DNA of 64,000 bases from Balanoglossus misakiensis (lineage: Eukaryota > Animalia > Hemichordata), in NCBI GenBank assembly GCA_040954595.2, contig CM082592.2:6613531-6677530 (forward strand). Direction: 5' to 3'. A program made the translations under genes and the position numbers. A model generated the notes under the pieces. The model did no database searches. It had not been told where the DNA came from and saw only the letters and a program-made list of their open reading frames with translations. This document shows, piece by piece, positions 62,301-64,000 of this stretch (position 1 is the stretch's first letter; every line of letters starts with the position of its first letter).

Positions 62301-64000
62301 TATAGCCCATGAAAATCATCCAAAAATGACGATTTTTCGACTTTGCGAAATATCAAAATTTCTTCATTTTTTGATAAAAATCATGGGTTATAGCCCATGA
62401 AAATCATCCAAAAATGACGATTTTTCGACTTTGCGAAATATCAAAATTTCTTCATTTTTTCATAAAAATCATTGGTTATAGCCCATGAAAATCATCCAAA
62501 AATGACGATTTTTCGACTTTGCGAAATATCAAAATTTCTTCATTATTTCATAAAAATCATGGGTTATAGCCCATGAAAATCATCCAAAAATGACGATTTT
62601 TCGACTTTGCGAAATATAAACATTTCTTCATTATTTCATAAAAATCATGGGTTATAGCCCATGAAAATCATCCAAAAATGACGATTTTTCGACTTTGCGA
62701 AATATCAAAATTTCTTCATTTTTTCATAAAAATCATGGGTTATAGCCCATGAAAATCATCCAAAAATGACGATTTTTCGACTTTGCGAAATATCAAAATT
62801 TCTTCATTTTTTCATAAAATCATGGGTTATAGCCCATGAAAATCATCCAAAAATGACGATTTTTCGACTTTGCGAAATATCAAAATTTCTTCATTTTTTC
62901 ACAAAAATCATGGGTTATAGCCCATGAAAATCATCCAAAAATGACGATTTTTCGACTTTGCGAAATATCAAAATTTCTTCATTTTTTCATAAAAATCATG
63001 GGTTATAGCCCATGAAAATCATCCAAAAATGACGATTTTTCGACTTTGCGAAATATCAAAATTTTTTCATTTTTTCATAAAAATCATGGGTTATAGCCCA
63101 TGAAAATCATCCAAAAATGACGATTTTTCGACTTTGCGAAATATCAAAATATCTTCATTTTTTCATAAAAATCATGGGTTATAGCCCATGAAAATCATCC
63201 AAAAATGACGATTTTTCGACTTTGCGAAATATCAAAATTTCTTCATTTTTTCATAAAAATCATGGGTTATAGCCCATGAAAATCATCCAAAAATGACGAT
63301 TTTTCGACTTTGCGAAATATCAAAATTTCTTCATTTTTTCATAAAAATCATGGGTTATAGCCCATGAAAATCATCCAAAAATGACGATTTTTCGACTTTG
63401 CGAAATATCAAAATTTCTTCATTTTTTCATAAAAATCATGGGTTATAGCCCATGAAAATCACCCAGAAATGACAATTTTTCGACTTTGCGAATTTTCGAA
63501 ATTTGGTGATTTTTTGATAAAAACCATGGGTTATAGCTCATGAAAATCACCCAGAAATGACAATTTTTCGACTTTGCGAATTTTCGAAATTTGGTGATTT
63601 TTTGATAAAAACCATGGGTTATAGCTGATGAAAATCACCCAGTAATGATAATTTTTCGACTTTGCGAATTTTCGAAATTTGGTGATTTTTTGATAAAAAC
63701 CATGGGTTATAGCTCATGAAAATCACCCAGAAATGACAATTTTTCGACTTTGCGAATTTTCGAAATTTGGTGATTTTTTGATAAAAACCATGGGTTATAG
63801 CTCATGAAAATCACCCAGAAATGACAATTTTTCGAGTTTGCGAATTTTCGAAATTTGGTGATTTTTTGATAAAAACCATGGGTTATAGCTCATGAAAATC
63901 ATCCAGAAATGACGATTTTTCGACTTTGCGAATTTTCGAAATTTGGTGATTTTTTGATAAAAACCATGGGTTATAGCTCATGAAAATCACCCAGAAATGA
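53320..64000. repeat. 88-bp AT-rich satellite array (about 121 monomers in the window, runs off the right edge)
   Basis: Monomer CATGGGTTATAGCCCATGAAAATCATCCAAAAATGACGATTTTTCGACTTTGCGAAATATCAAAATTTCTTCATTTTTTCATAAAAAT (period 88: 53411, 53499, ...). A second variant (..ATCACCCAGAAATGACAATTTTTCGACTTTGCGAATTTTCGAAATTTGGTGATTTTTTGATAAAAACCATGGGTTATAGCTCATG) occupies ~60641-61640 and 63455-64000. Confidence 0.99.

Noticed and set aside
53320-64000. CRISPR-like appearance (regular repeats with a palindrome)
   Set aside because: There are no unique spacers: the whole 88-bp unit repeats. The context is an intron-rich animal locus with no cas genes.

Overview
Animal genomic DNA, probably from an invertebrate (inferred from intron sizes, repeat types and the patchy CpG depletion; the species cannot be fixed from sequence alone). 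Manual splicing at GT/GC-AG sites recovers five genes. (1) The 3' 23 coding exons of a MORC2-type chromatin ATPase (+, <1-12065). (2) A complete SEC14L2-like CRAL-TRIO/GOLD gene (-, 15166-19097, 405 aa). (3) A complete MTO1 gene (+, 21279-28154, 662 aa). (4) An SLC35G/EamA-like transporter with one coding exon (-, 29699-30757). (5) The first coding exon of a receptor guanylyl cyclase / natriuretic-peptide-receptor-like gene (+, 49317-49638). An 88-bp satellite array of more than 10.6 kb (53320-64000) follows this last exon; it has two monomer subfamilies and nested multi-monomer duplications of 6, 23 and 32 units. Mobile DNA includes a Helentron/DINE-1-like element in a MORC2 intron and two small TTAA-type MITE families. 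The most unexplained signals are a long GC-rich fold-back with uORFs between the divergent SEC14L and MTO1 genes, the satellite architecture, and a 170-bp tandem repeat whose units carry splice-competent exon-like cassettes. There are no prokaryotic features such as CRISPR arrays or operons.
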